Source of the DNA: Macrostomum lignano
Taxonomy: Eukaryota
Reading direction: 5' to 3'
DNA: 64,000 bases
Assembly: GCA_002269645.1 (NCBI GenBank)
Contig: NIVC01001626.1
Coordinates: forward strand, 62,001-126,000
Position 1 is the first letter of the stretch; each line of letters opens with the position of its first letter. Both the position numbers and the translations under genes were made by a program. Shown one piece after another: positions 37,885 to 49,436 of the stretch. Below the pieces are notes generated by a model. The model saw nothing but the letters and a program-made list of their open reading frames with translations. It had not been told where the DNA came from and did not search any database.

Positions 37885-38080
37885 TTTGTATACAACTCTG
37901 CATTGCTTCAGTTCACCCAGCTGTAAAATGGGTGCCAGCATTAGCTGGGGTAATTGAGCATGTGTGTGGCGACCCTCCCCCCAGTCCTTGGACTGAACAG
38001 CTGTACGCAGCCTTCAGATGCTGCGGCTGAGCTGTCGGTTGCATATCTGCTTATTAGCGCAGGTTAAATAAAAGAATTTA
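37885..38080 (+). mobile_element. CORE-SINE-like fragment (5' truncated)
   Basis: ACTCTGCATTGCTTCAGTTCACCCAGCTGTAAAATGGGTGCC resembles the CORE domain ending CTGTAAAATGGG. It has an A-rich tail, and no tRNA head was seen. Confidence 0.5.
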
Positions 38081-38574
38081 ACGCATTTACGAGTATTAAG
38101 ATACTATTTTAGTGACTCCGAATTCAAGAAAACAATAAATGAGATCTCATCCTGCTGCCTTTCCAAAAATGCGAACTGACTCAGTTTTTGTGTATTACAC
38201 ATCGCATGATGCTCTTTCGAAGCAATCCATTTTCCATGCTGCCATCGATTTATTTCTGTTGGGGCTTCACATTCCAAGTCACAGGGGGGGGGGTGGTCCG
38301 AGTTTTCCAGGCAAACAGCACGGAATCTCCATCTGTGTTTGACACAAATAACGACGAAATGAGAGCCTCCTCGCTCGCAGTTTGCCGAGAAACAACAGAA
38401 GGAATCGCTCCAGTCAGTCGCAATGGGCTCCTTGGGATGCCTTTTGCGAAAGAATCTCGGGAATGGATGACAGTTCAGGACTGCATCCTGACGGACAGCA
38501 GGTGAAGTGCAAACAAAACCCGGTTCAGTATCTATATAACAAACGCTTGATGCAATATACAGTGCAGCTGAAAG

Positions 38575-39674
38575 ATGGCTCCCGAATTGACAGGCTGCAT
38601 CTGTCTGCTGCTGCTGGTTGCCTGCGGCTCTGCCAGCGTCTGTCCGGAGTGCTCTGCGGTGTACGAACTGCTGACCAGCAGCTGCCCCGCGATTCCGCCT
38701 GGCACCGCGGCTGAGGCTTCGCCCAGCGAGCCGGAGTGCGTGCTCCGCTGCACCCTGAGAAGCGAGTGCCGCCTGTCCGTGTACCTGCGAGACACCGCAG
38801 CCTGCTACTCCCTGCCGGCGGTGGCGTCATCAACCACTTTGGATTGCGGCGCCTCCGGGATGGTTGTTCGCCGTAAGAAGATTTTGCCGTCGGCTGCACT
38901 GACAGCCCTGAGCTTCGCAACGCGGATCGTAATGTTCTACGACTTCAGGAAGGGCTTTGAAAACCTGGCCAACCCTGCCATACTGGTGGCAGAGCCAGTG
39001 AATATTCTGCTAAAGAATTCAATTGACGGAGTTCGCCTGAAAAACTCGACCAGCTCCTATGTGCGAGTGAGCACCCCGGGATTCTACCGGTACTTCTTGT
39101 ACGGACAAAAGTTCAGCATCTTCTTTCAGGGGAAGTTCTCGTCAGACTCTGCGTAAGTCGTTTCCGTGCATTGCTCTATCGAAGACTTCTAACAGATTAG
39201 AGAGGTATGATTAGGAAAACCAAAATATTTGATTCCAGAGACAAATGCATCAGCACCTTCACCGACATGGGCACTCGGCTCCATGACAGCCGCATCCATG
39301 CCCGATCCGATGGAGTGCTGGTAGCTGGCGTCCACTTTCTCAACGGCATGACCTACTCCTCGTCCTGGAGGAGCACTAATGCTCTCACAGTCGACTCCGT
39401 TGAGCGAACGATCACGTTTGGGATAAATTTCGAAGGAAATTCCTTCAGTGCTCAGGCGTATTTGAACGGCACTGTGCTGAGCAGAGCTGGAAGCGGTGGT
39501 GACAGCAACATCACTAAGAAAGAGCTTCTGAACATCCACGACTACCTGCTGCTCGGGCGCTGCACGGATGACTTCATGCAACCGTTGAATGGCTGGCTGA
39601 GGTGCTGGGGCTTCGTCACTGGCAACTTGGGCATCAGCCAGTTTGACCAGCTGAGCAGTCTCTGCAGAGCTTGA
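38575..39674 (+). CDS. Secreted PAN/apple + LamG/concanavalin-like jelly-roll protein; join(38575..39152,39239..39674), 337 aa
   Basis: Signal peptide, PAN pattern ECVLRC....EC..SVY......C, and a phase-2 intron (GC|GTAAGT ... TTCCAG|A) joining two ORFs in frame. The C-terminal half has LamG/pentraxin-like FYDF and LLLGRC...PLNGWLRCWGF...NL. TATA-like TCTATATAA at about 38532. Confidence 0.8.
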
Positions 39675-40571
39675 ACTCGATCAACTCAATGAAAGCTCAG
39701 CGACCGACACCGAGAAAAGGAAGGAGAAAGACAGGAACTGCCCCTCCCAAACCTTTTTATGGACACGTGCTGACAGTCTTTTCGATAATTATTGACAACT
39801 AGAAATTGACAACAAATTCCTAGAAATTTCAGAAATATACAGAAATCAGAGTTGGCACAACTACTTTTAGGTTCTTCATATGCATTCAAATTGCACTTTA
39901 GAGAAACGAAGTGCTGCGTTCTTGCACAGGAGACTTCTTTCAATCTTCAATGAAATCTCAGCTGGGCTGATCTTTTCAAGAGTGTGAGTTGTCGGGGAAG
40001 CGAAGGAACACTCTCAGCGAAGTGCTCTTTGGTTTGATTGATGCAGTCAGTCTTGGTGCCCTAGGCCTCACAATGCTGTGCGTGAAGATGAGGCGCAGGG
40101 GGAAGGGCAGGGTTATGAGCTGTGCGAGTGGTCAAAAGTGTCAGGCACATGTGAGCTACTGGCTCCCAATAGTTTTCGAAAGTGCACAACAAATAAAACT
40201 GCGAAATGAATTTCACTAGAAGCGAAATTCGCTTTAGGTAGTTTGTATTTTATCACACTTTAAAATTGAAAGTGAAAATCATTTTTTCCTGTCAATAATC
40301 AAACCAATGGTAAAAACCTTTTGCTGCAATACAATTGCTGGGGTAGCCGATTTAAGTGCAAAAAAGTAAATTTGGTAAGCGAAATCGCACAATGGCTCTG
40401 AAAATCTGCTTAAATCATTTGATGATGGTATGATCGCCTGAAGTACAGGTATTGTTAATCAATCATATTTTATGCATGCTTGGATAAATATATTTGGCTG
40501 CTGAGTTCAAGTTTAGCCTCATAAATCAATTCAATGAGTTCTCAACGGAAAAGAAGCTGTGGAGAAGCAGC

Positions 40572-41453
40572 TCAACTTTCTCGGGGCTCCGATGAACCGA
40601 AGCTTTCCTTGGCGCGCTCGCTTGTGGAGCCCTCGCTCACAGCCTCTGAATTGGCCTCACTCTTATTGAGCTTTACTTCAGCCAAAATCGGTGCGTGTGA
40701 GGTGTATTCAGCTTGTTTCTCCAGCATAATCTGCGTCCGTCCGAAGCTGACCTTCTGATTTCCCTGCTTCCTCTGCAGCAGTGCGAAGTTGTCGATTGTT
40801 CTGCCTCCCGTTGAGGTGCCGCCAGGTACATCGCTGGAGAGTGCCAGCTTAAACTCCAGATTCTCCTTTCCTTTTGCAGGCGTGTTATCGAACTTTTCAA
40901 GTATTTCATTCGGCTTCATGTTCCAGTCTCCGCCGATCATGACGGAGTCGACATCTTGACCATAACTCACTATCGCTTCGTGTAAAATCCCATAGGCTTT
41001 CTCCCTATTACTCTTGTGTGGCAGATGAACAGAAAAGTACATCAGGGTCATCCCAGTTTCTTTATGCTTTAGCTTGACAGCCAAATAGCGACCTTCTGCT
41101 GAGATGAAATAGTCCCCAGATTCCTTGTCTTTGCCACTTTCCTCAATCTCTTTCACAGCGAGCTGTTCCCAAACTTTTGGGTCAAACGCAGTCAGGATAT
41201 TTTCTTGCCCCTTGATGTTATCAACTTCGCAACTCCAATTTAATTTGGTCACAAATTCCCGACCAGCATTGATGCTGCTCAACTCAGAGACAGTCAGGAT
41301 GCTCAGCTGCTGTTCTGTTTCTTCCTGGACATCCTTCACCAGCTGCTCGAGACCTCTGGCAAGCTTGTCTCCCTGAAGTTTCTCCATGCGATTGGTCGCA
41401 TCAGCATTGATGGCCAAAGCGAAGAAGCTCGCCGAGTCTTTGCTGGCAGCCAT
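40572..41453 (-). CDS. Stand-alone endonuclease/exonuclease/phosphatase (DNase I-like, EEP) domain protein, 293 aa
   Basis: EEP motifs in the correct order: LAIN, TVSE, GRYLAV, SVHLPH, MIGGDWN, T..G.TIDN and SHAPI. The CDS is intronless, with a predicted 124-bp 5'UTR intron (AAG|GTTAGT at 41579, CTGCAG| at 41456). No adjacent RT. Confidence 0.85.
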   Translation of the reverse strand: MAASKDSASFFALAINADATNRMEKLQGDKLARGLEQLVKDVQEETEQQLSILTVSELSSINAGREFVTKLNWSCEVDNIKGQENILTAFDPKVWEQLAVKEIEESGKDKESGDYFISAEGRYLAVKLKHKETGMTLMYFSVHLPHKSNREKAYGILHEAIVSYGQDVDSVMIGGDWNMKPNEILEKFDNTPAKGKENLEFKLALSSDVPGGTSTGGRTIDNFALLQRKQGNQKVSFGRTQIMLEKQAEYTSHAPILAEVKLNKSEANSEAVSEGSTSERAKESFGSSEPRES

Positions 41454-42973
41454 TTCTGCAGAGAGAGACAGTGCTCACGCTAATACAACACATAGCCCTT
41501 AAATGTTTCACATGGCAATGAGCAATGCTTGCACTCAATAAGAATATGGAAAGCGAAAATAGCAAAAAATGAAACTAACCTTAAGATGCAGTTTTAACTT
41601 CACTTTGGCTTCTGCGAATTCTGCTTCAACTCGGATATTTTGGTGCAATGAAATAATAAGTTTTCTCTCAAGTGCGCAGCAGCTGCAACCCCTGCCATGG
41701 CTTTTAAAAGTTGTTCTGCGTACATTCTTTAATTCTTTAGATTCGAATCGCTTCAGGTTAGCAACTGGTGAGTGCTTTTCCTTCTGCACTCGCTACTGCG
41801 AAGATTTGAGTACAGGTAGCTTGGTCGACAGTGCGAGCTATTCGTACACGATTACAGGGTAGCAAGCCCGCGAGTACTTTGCTCTCCTAGACTCTGGCCT
41901 GCACAAAAAACATAAGTTCCCCCACAGAACCCGAGTTCGCACGCAATTGTTATTTTTTCCAATGACTGCAATAAACTCCAACTGTGACCCTTCAGCAGTG
42001 TACACGGACGGCGAAAGCAGAAAGCAAAATAAATGTCTACTGATGTCTACTGACATCAATCTGATGCCTGATGTCAAAATAAATAGCTTGTGTAACTGAA
42101 GGCTTTCTTAGCCGTCTGGTTCGGCAGTTCAAACACGCTGACGATTTCAATGCTTTGCGTCAGTCAAATCTGGTGTTGTTTTCCAACACCCCCGCATGGA
42201 TGCTGACGGTCACTGCTGGATTTCAACTGCTCCAGCATCATTTGTGAGGCAGATGCCAATAGTTCAAGTGGGGATGAGTGGCAGAAGGATTTACTAACGG
42301 GATATGAGTGGCTGACATGTCGCGCTCTATAGTCGATCTTGTCTTTACTGTTTGCTATTCCGGGACGTCCAAGGCTTGTTTGAAACAGCCGGTTGCCAAG
42401 GGCGCGGTTTGGTTGAAACACCTGCTGTGAGCTTATTCGCTGCAGTTCCAAGATTTCTTTGTCTAACATTTCATTTTGCAGCCAATACTTTGCCATAGGA
42501 GTAAAAACTGAGTTTGGATTGATTGACACGCGAGGCTGGCCCTACAAAGTGCTTGAGACCGAACTGGTAGCAACCCCATCAATCGGCTAGCGAAGGAACT
42601 TTTGCTCTGAACTTGACTATTTCTCACATTGACTGCATTCTATATTTATTCAAACTGGCCATGCGTTCCATTGGCTTTAAATTTCGAAGTTTAAACGCAA
42701 ATTTTACTCTAAGCTGCCCGGATGATCAGCAGCGGAAGCCTGACCCTGCCTGGCATGTAGCCAACGCAACGATTTGTGAAATTGTTATTTTGTTAATTTT
42801 GAACGCAAATAGGCACAAAACTGATTAAAGTCTTTAAAGATGGCTCCGTTGTTTGCTGCATTTTATAAGAAAAACTGCAACGCCGATGACCTCATCTGAA
42901 TGAACTGTGCAGTATCCGATCTGTGTGGTCAATTTAGCCATCATACAATGTACATTAGACATTATAATGTACG

Positions 42974-45900
42974 GTTTGCACCTGACTTAGCGTGCACCAG
43001 TGTCTGTAGCCTAAATGTGTTTGTACCTGACTTAGCGTGCACCAACCAGTGTCTGTAGCCTAAATGTGTTTGTACCTGACTTAGCGTGCACCAACCATTG
43101 TCTGTAGCCTAAATATGTTTGTACCTGACTTAGCGTGCACCAACCATTGTCTGTAGCCTAAATGTGTTTGTACCTGACTTAGCGTGCACCAACCAGTGTC
43201 TGTAGCCTAAATGTGTTTGCACCTGACTTAGCGTGCACCAACCAGTGTCTGTAGCCTAAATGTGTTTGCACCTGACTTAGCGTGCACCAACCAGTGTCTG
43301 TAGCCTAAATGTGTTTGCACCTGACTTAGCGTGCACCAACCAGTGTCTGTAGCCTAAATGTGTTTGCACCTGACTTAGCGTGCACCAACCAGTGTCTGTA
43401 GCCTAAATGTGTTTGTACCTGACTTAGCGTGCACCAACCAGTGTCTGTAGCCTAAATGTGTTTGTACCTGACTTAGCGTGCACCAGTGTCTGTAGCCTAA
43501 GTGTGTTTGCACCTGACTTAGCGTGCACCAGTGTCTGTAGCCTAAGTGTGTTTGCACCTGACTTAGCGTGCACCAACCAGTGTCTGTAGCCTAAATGTGT
43601 TTGTACCTGACTTAGCGTGCACCAGTGTCTGTAGCCTAAATGTGTTTGCACCTGACTTAGCGTGCACCAGTGTCTGTAGCCTAACTGTGTTTGCACCTGA
43701 CTTAGCGTGAACCAACCAGTGTCTGTAGCCTAACTGTGTTTGCACCTGACTTAGCGTGAACCAACCAGTGTCTGTAGCCTAACTGTGTTTGCACCTGACT
43801 TAGCGTGCACCAGTGTCTGTAGCCTAAGTGTGTTTGCACCTGACTTAGCGTGAACCAACCAGTGTCTGTAGCCTAAGTGTGTTTGCACCTGACTTAGCGT
43901 GAACCAACCAGTGTCTGTAGCCTAAGTGTGTTTGCACCTGACTTAGCGTGAACCAACCAGTGTCTGTAGCCTAAGTGTGTTTGCACCTGACTTAGCGTGC
44001 ACCAGTGTCTGTAGCCTAAGTGTGTTTGCACCTGACTTAGCGTGCAACCAGTGTCTGTAGCCTAAGTGTGTTTGCACCTGACTTAGCGTGCACCAGTGTC
44101 TGTAGCCTAAGTGTGTTTGCACCTGACTTAGCGTGCACCAGTGTCTGTAGCCTAAGTGTGTTTGCACCTGACTTAGCGTGAACCAACCAGTGTCTGTAGC
44201 CTAAGTGTGTTTGCACCTGACTTAGCGTGAACCAACCAGTGTCTGTAGCCTAACTGTGTTTGCACCTGACTTAGCGTGAACCAACCAGTGTCTGTAGCCT
44301 AACTGTGTTTGCACCTGACTTAGCGTGCACCAGTGTCTGTAGCCTAAGTGTGTTTGCACCTGACTTAGCGTGCACCAGTGTCTGTAGCCTAAGTGTGTTT
44401 GCACCTGACTTAGCGTGCACCAGTGTCTGTAGCCTAAGTGTGTTTGCACCTGACTTAGCGTGCCAACCAGTGTCTGTAGCCTAAGTGTGTTTGCACCTGA
44501 CTTAGCGTGCACCAGTGTCTGTAGCCTAAGTGTGTTTGCACCTGACTTAGCGTGCACCAGTGTCTGTAGCCTAAGTGTGTTTGCACCTGACTTAGCGTGC
44601 ACCAGTGTCTGTAGCCTAAGTGTGTTTGCACCTGACTTAGCGTGCACCAGTGTCTGTAGCCTAAGTGTGTTTGCACCTGACTTAGCGTGCACCAGTGTCT
44701 GTAGCCTAAGTGTGTTTGCACCTGACTTAGCGTGCACCAGTGTCTGTAGCCTAAGTGTGTTTGCACCTGACTTAGCGTGCACCAGTGTCTGTAGCCTAAG
44801 TGTGTTTGCACCTGACTTAGCGTGCACCAGTGTCTGTAGCCTAAGTGTTTGCACCTGACTTGCGTGCACCAGTGTCTGTAGCCTAAGTGTGTTTGCACCT
44901 GACTTAGCGTGCACCAGTGTCTGTAGCCTAAGTGTGTTTGCACCTGACTTAGCGTGCACCAGTGTCTGTAGCCTAAGTGTGTTTGCACCTGACTTAGCGT
45001 GCACCAGTGTCTGTAGCCTAAGTGTGTTTGCACCTGACTTGCGTGCACCAGTGTCTGTAGCCTAAGTGTGTTTGCACCTGACTTGCGTGCACCAGTGTCT
45101 GTAGCCTAAGTGTGTTTGCACCTGACTTAGCGTGCACCAGTGTCTGTAGCCTAAGTGTGTTTGCACCTGACTTAGCGTGCACCAGTGTCTGTAGCCTAAG
45201 TGTGTTTGCACCTGACTTAGCGTGCACCAGTGTCTGTAGCCTAAGTGTGTTTGCACCTGACTTAGCGTGCACCAGTGTCTGTAGCCTAAGTGTGTTTGCA
45301 CCTGACTTAGCGTGCACCAGTGTCTGTAGCCTAAGTGTGTTTGCACCTGACTTGCGTGCACCAGTGTCTGTAGCCTAAGTGTGTTTGCACCTGACTTAGC
45401 GTGCACCAGTGTCTGTAGCCTAAGTGTGTTTGCACCTGACTTGCGTGCACCAGTGTCTGTAGCCTAAGTGTGTTTGCACCTGACTTAGCGTGCACCAGTG
45501 TCTGTAGCCTAAGTGTGTTTGCACCTGACTTAGCGTGCACCAGTGTCTGTAGCCTAAGTGTGTTTGCACCTGACTTAGCGTGCACCAGTGTCTGTAGCCT
45601 AAGTGTGTTTGCACCTGACTTGCGTGCACCAGTGTCTGTAGCCTAAGTGTGTTTGCACCTGACTTGCGTGCACCAGTGTCTGTAGCCTAAGTGTGTTTGC
45701 ACCTGACTTGCGTGCACCAGTGTCTGTAGCCTAAGTGTGTTTGCACCTGACTTAGCGTGCACCAGTGTCTGTAGCCTAAGTGTGTTTGCAACTGACTTGC
45801 GTGCACCAGTGTCTGTAGCCTAAGTGTGTTTGCACCTGACTTGCGTGCACCAGTGTCTGTAGCCTAAGTGTGTTTGCACCTGACTTAGCGTGCACCAGTG

Positions 45901-48575
45901 TCTGTAGCCTAAGTGTGTTTGCACCTGACTTAGCGTGCACCAACCAGTGTCTGTAGCCTAAGTGTGTTTGCACCTGACTTAGCGTGCACCAGTGTCTGTA
46001 GCCTAAGTGTGTTTGCACCTGACTTAGCGTGAACCAATCAGTGTCTGTAGCCTAAGTGTGTTTGCACCTGACTTAGCGTGCAACCAGTGTCTGTAGCCTA
46101 AGTGTGTTTGCACCTGACTTAGCGTGCACCAGTGTCTGTAGCCTAAGTGTGTTTGCACCTGACTTAGCGTGAACCAACCAGTGTCTGTAGCCTAAGTGTG
46201 TTTGCACCTGACTTAGCGTGCACCAGTGTCTGTAGCCTAAGTGTATTTGCACCTGACTTAGCGTGCACCAGTGTCTGTAGCCTAACTGTGTTTGCACCTG
46301 ACTTAGCGTGCACCAGTGTCTGTAGCCTAAGTGTGTTTGCACCTGACTTAGCGTGCACCAGTGTCTGTAGCCTAACTGTGTTTGCACCTGACTTAGCGTG
46401 CACCAGTGTCTGTAGCCTAAGTGTGTTTGCACCTGACTTAGCGTGAACCAACCAGTGTCTGTAGCCTAAGTGTGTTTGCACCTGACTTAGCGTGCACCAG
46501 TGTCTGTAGCCTAAGTGTGTTTGCACCTGACTTAGCGTGCACCAGTGTCTGTAGCCTAAGTGTGTTTGCACCTGACTTAGCGTGCACCAGTGTCTGTAGC
46601 CTAAGTGTGTTTGCACCTGACTTAGCGTGCACCAGTGTCTGTAGCCTAAGTGTGTTTGCACCTGACTTAGCGTGCACCAGTGTCTGTAGCCTAAGTGTGT
46701 TTGCACCTGACTTAGCGTGCACCAGTGTCTGTAGCCTAAGTGTGTTTGCACCTGACTTAGCGTGCACCAGTGTCTGTAGCCTAAGTGTGTTTGCACCTGA
46801 CTTAGCGTGCACCAGTGTCTGTAGCCTAAGTGTGTTTGCACCTGACTTAGCGTGCACCAGTGTCTGTAGCCTAAGTGTGTTTGCACCTGACTTAGCGTGC
46901 ACCAGTGTCTGTAGCCTAAGTGTGTTTGCACCTGACTTAGCGTGAACCAACCAGTGTCTGTAGCCTAAGTGTGTTTGCACCTGACTTAGCGTGAACCAGT
47001 GTCTGTAGCCTAAGTGTGTTTGCACCTGACTTGGCGTGCACCAGTGTCTGTAGCCTAAGTGTATTTGCACCTGACTTAGCGTGAACCAACCAGTGTCTGT
47101 AGCCTAAGTGTGTTTGCACCTGACTTGCGTGCACCAGTGTCTGTAGCCTAAGTGTATTTGCACCTGACTTAGCGTGCACCAGTGTCTGTAGCCTAAGTGT
47201 GTTTGCACCTGACTTAGCGTGCACCAGTGTCTGTAGCCTAAGTGTATTTGCACCTGACTTAGCGTGCACCAGTGTCTGTAGCCTAACTGTGTTTGCACCT
47301 GACTTAGCGTGCACCAGTGTCTGTAGCCTAAGTGTGTTTGCACCTGACTTAGCGTGAACCAACCAGTGTCTGTAGCCTAAGTGTGTTTGCACCTGACTTA
47401 GCGTGCACCAGTGTCTGTAGCCTAAGTGTGTTTGCACCTGACTTAGCGTGCACCAGTGTCTGTAGCCTAAGTGTGTTTGCACCTGACTTGCGTGCACCAG
47501 TGTCTGTAGCCTAAGTGTGTTTGCACCTGACTTGCGTGCACCAGTGTCTGTAGCCTAAGTGTGTTTGCACCTGACTTGCGTGCACCAGTGTCTGTAGCCT
47601 AAGTGTGTTTGCACCTGACTTGCGTGCACCAGTGTCTGTAGCCTAAGTGTGTTTGCACCTGACTTGCGTGCACCAGTGTCTGTAGCCTAAGTGTGTTTGC
47701 ACCTGACTTGCGTGCACCAGTGTCTGTAGCCTAAGTGTGTTTGCACCTGACTTAGCGTGCACCAGTGTCTGTAGCCTAAGTGTGTTTGCACCTGACTTAG
47801 CGTGCACCAGTGTCTGTAGCCTAAGTGTGTTTGCACCTGACTTGCGTGCACCAGTGTCTGTAGCCTAAGTGTGTTTGCACTGACTTGCGTGCACCAGTGT
47901 CTGTAGCCTAAGTGTGTTTGCACCTGACTTGCGTGCACCAGTGTCTGTAGCCTAAGTGTGTTTGCACCTGACTTGCGTGCACCAGTGTCTGTAGCCTAAG
48001 TGTGTTTGCACCTGACTTGCGTGCACCAGTGTCTGTAGCCTAAGTGTGTTTGCACCTGACTTAGCGTGCACCAGTGTCTGTAGCCTAAGTGTGTTTGCAC
48101 CTGACTTAGCGTGCACCAGTGTCTGTAGCCTAAGTGTGTTTGCACCTGACTTGGCGTGCACCAACCAGTGTCTGTAGCCTAAGTGTGTTTGCACCTGACT
48201 TAGCGTGCACCAGTGTCTGTAGCCTAAGTGTGTTTGCACCTGACTTGGCGTGCACCAACCAGTGTCTGTAGCCTAAGTGTGTTTGCACCTGACTTGCGTG
48301 CACCAGTGTCTGTAGCCTAAGTGTGTTTGCACCTGACTTGGCGTGCACCAGTGTCTGTAGCCTAAGTGTGTTTGCACCTGACTTAGCGTGAACCAACCAG
48401 TGTCTGTAGCCTAAATGTGTTTGCACCTGACTTAGCGTGCACCAGTGTCTGTAGCCTAAGTGTGTTTGCACCTGACTTAGCGTGCACCAGTGTCTGTAGC
48501 CTAAGTGTTTGCACCTGACTTGGCGTGCACCAGTGTCTGTAGCCTAAGTGTGTTTGCACTGACTTGCGTGCACCA
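42974..48575. repeat. ~5.6-kb satellite of a 45-bp monomer (44- and 49-bp variants), roughly 120 copies
   Basis: Unit GCACCTGACTTAGCGTGCACCAGTGTCTGTAGCCTAAGTGTGTTT; source of the HAKSGANTLRLQTLV ORFs. Confidence 0.98.
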
Positions 48576-49436
48576 GTAGCCTAATGTGTGCAGTTAGCGA
48601 CAGTGTCTGCCTGGGTTCAGACTTCAACACCAGTAGCAATGTTTTGCTACGCGGAAGTTCTCCATGTTGCTGCAGCTTCACATTTCGTGGCGCACCTGCA
48701 CTCAAAGTCTCTCTAAGTGTTTGCAAACAGCAACAATTTAGCTGTGGCAGACTTCACTGAAGCCAGTCAACATAAGTCTGTTGCAAGTTCCAGGTTAGCC
48801 GTCGCAGACTCCGGCAGATGAAGCTAGTTTCAAGCATAGTCTCATTATCGCCAAGTTGCCAGGGACTGTCCGCTTTGTCTTAAGCAGCAGGAGCCATTGA
48901 CAGTGCTCCAACCCTCAAGGCCCAAAATATTTGCTGAGCTTGGGTTTTTTGCGTTCTCCAACTCAAAAAGCATTCAAAGCGAAATTTGCAATTTGCCAAG
49001 GGTTGGCGGGTTGTGGAGTTTTTGGCCTACGTATCTGGAGAATACTCATCATTTCGGGACTCAATACTCACTTCAATACTCACTTCAATTAAAGTACGGC
49101 GGGAACTTTAATTGGCAGGGAAGCTCCGGTGCTGGTGCAAGACTTGACGCTGCTTGAACTCAGGAATTTTGAAATCAGATGATTCTGTCCTTGAGTTTCT
49201 CTCGGCAGCTTGCAGAGCGGCTTCAATGCACGAATATTCAATTCGACCAGCCTCCAACTCTCTGATCCAAGCCTGTGATTGGCTCTCATATTCTGAGTCT
49301 GAATCTTTGTCAAACTGGAGCACATCTCCAATCCAGGAGCCAGATTGAGAACACCATGCACGCCATCCCTAGCAACCATCTCTATTAAAGCAGCTGCAGA
49401 TGAAGGAATCGTATGCGCATTGCGCAGGACGGAAAG

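Noticed and set aside
40572-41453. Intact LINE retrotransposon
   Set aside because: An EEP domain only, with no RT ORF, poly(A) tail or TSD adjacent.
33316-41460. Spliced-leader trans-splicing, suggested by AG acceptors 2 nt before the ATGs of the Cys/His and EEP genes
   Set aside because: Good cis donors exist nearby (33386 and 41579), so ordinary 5'UTR introns explain them.
42974-48575. CRISPR-like regular repeats (also the 31-, 49- and 58-bp arrays)
   Set aside because: Head-to-tail monomers with no unique spacers, no cas genes, and a eukaryotic intron-containing context.
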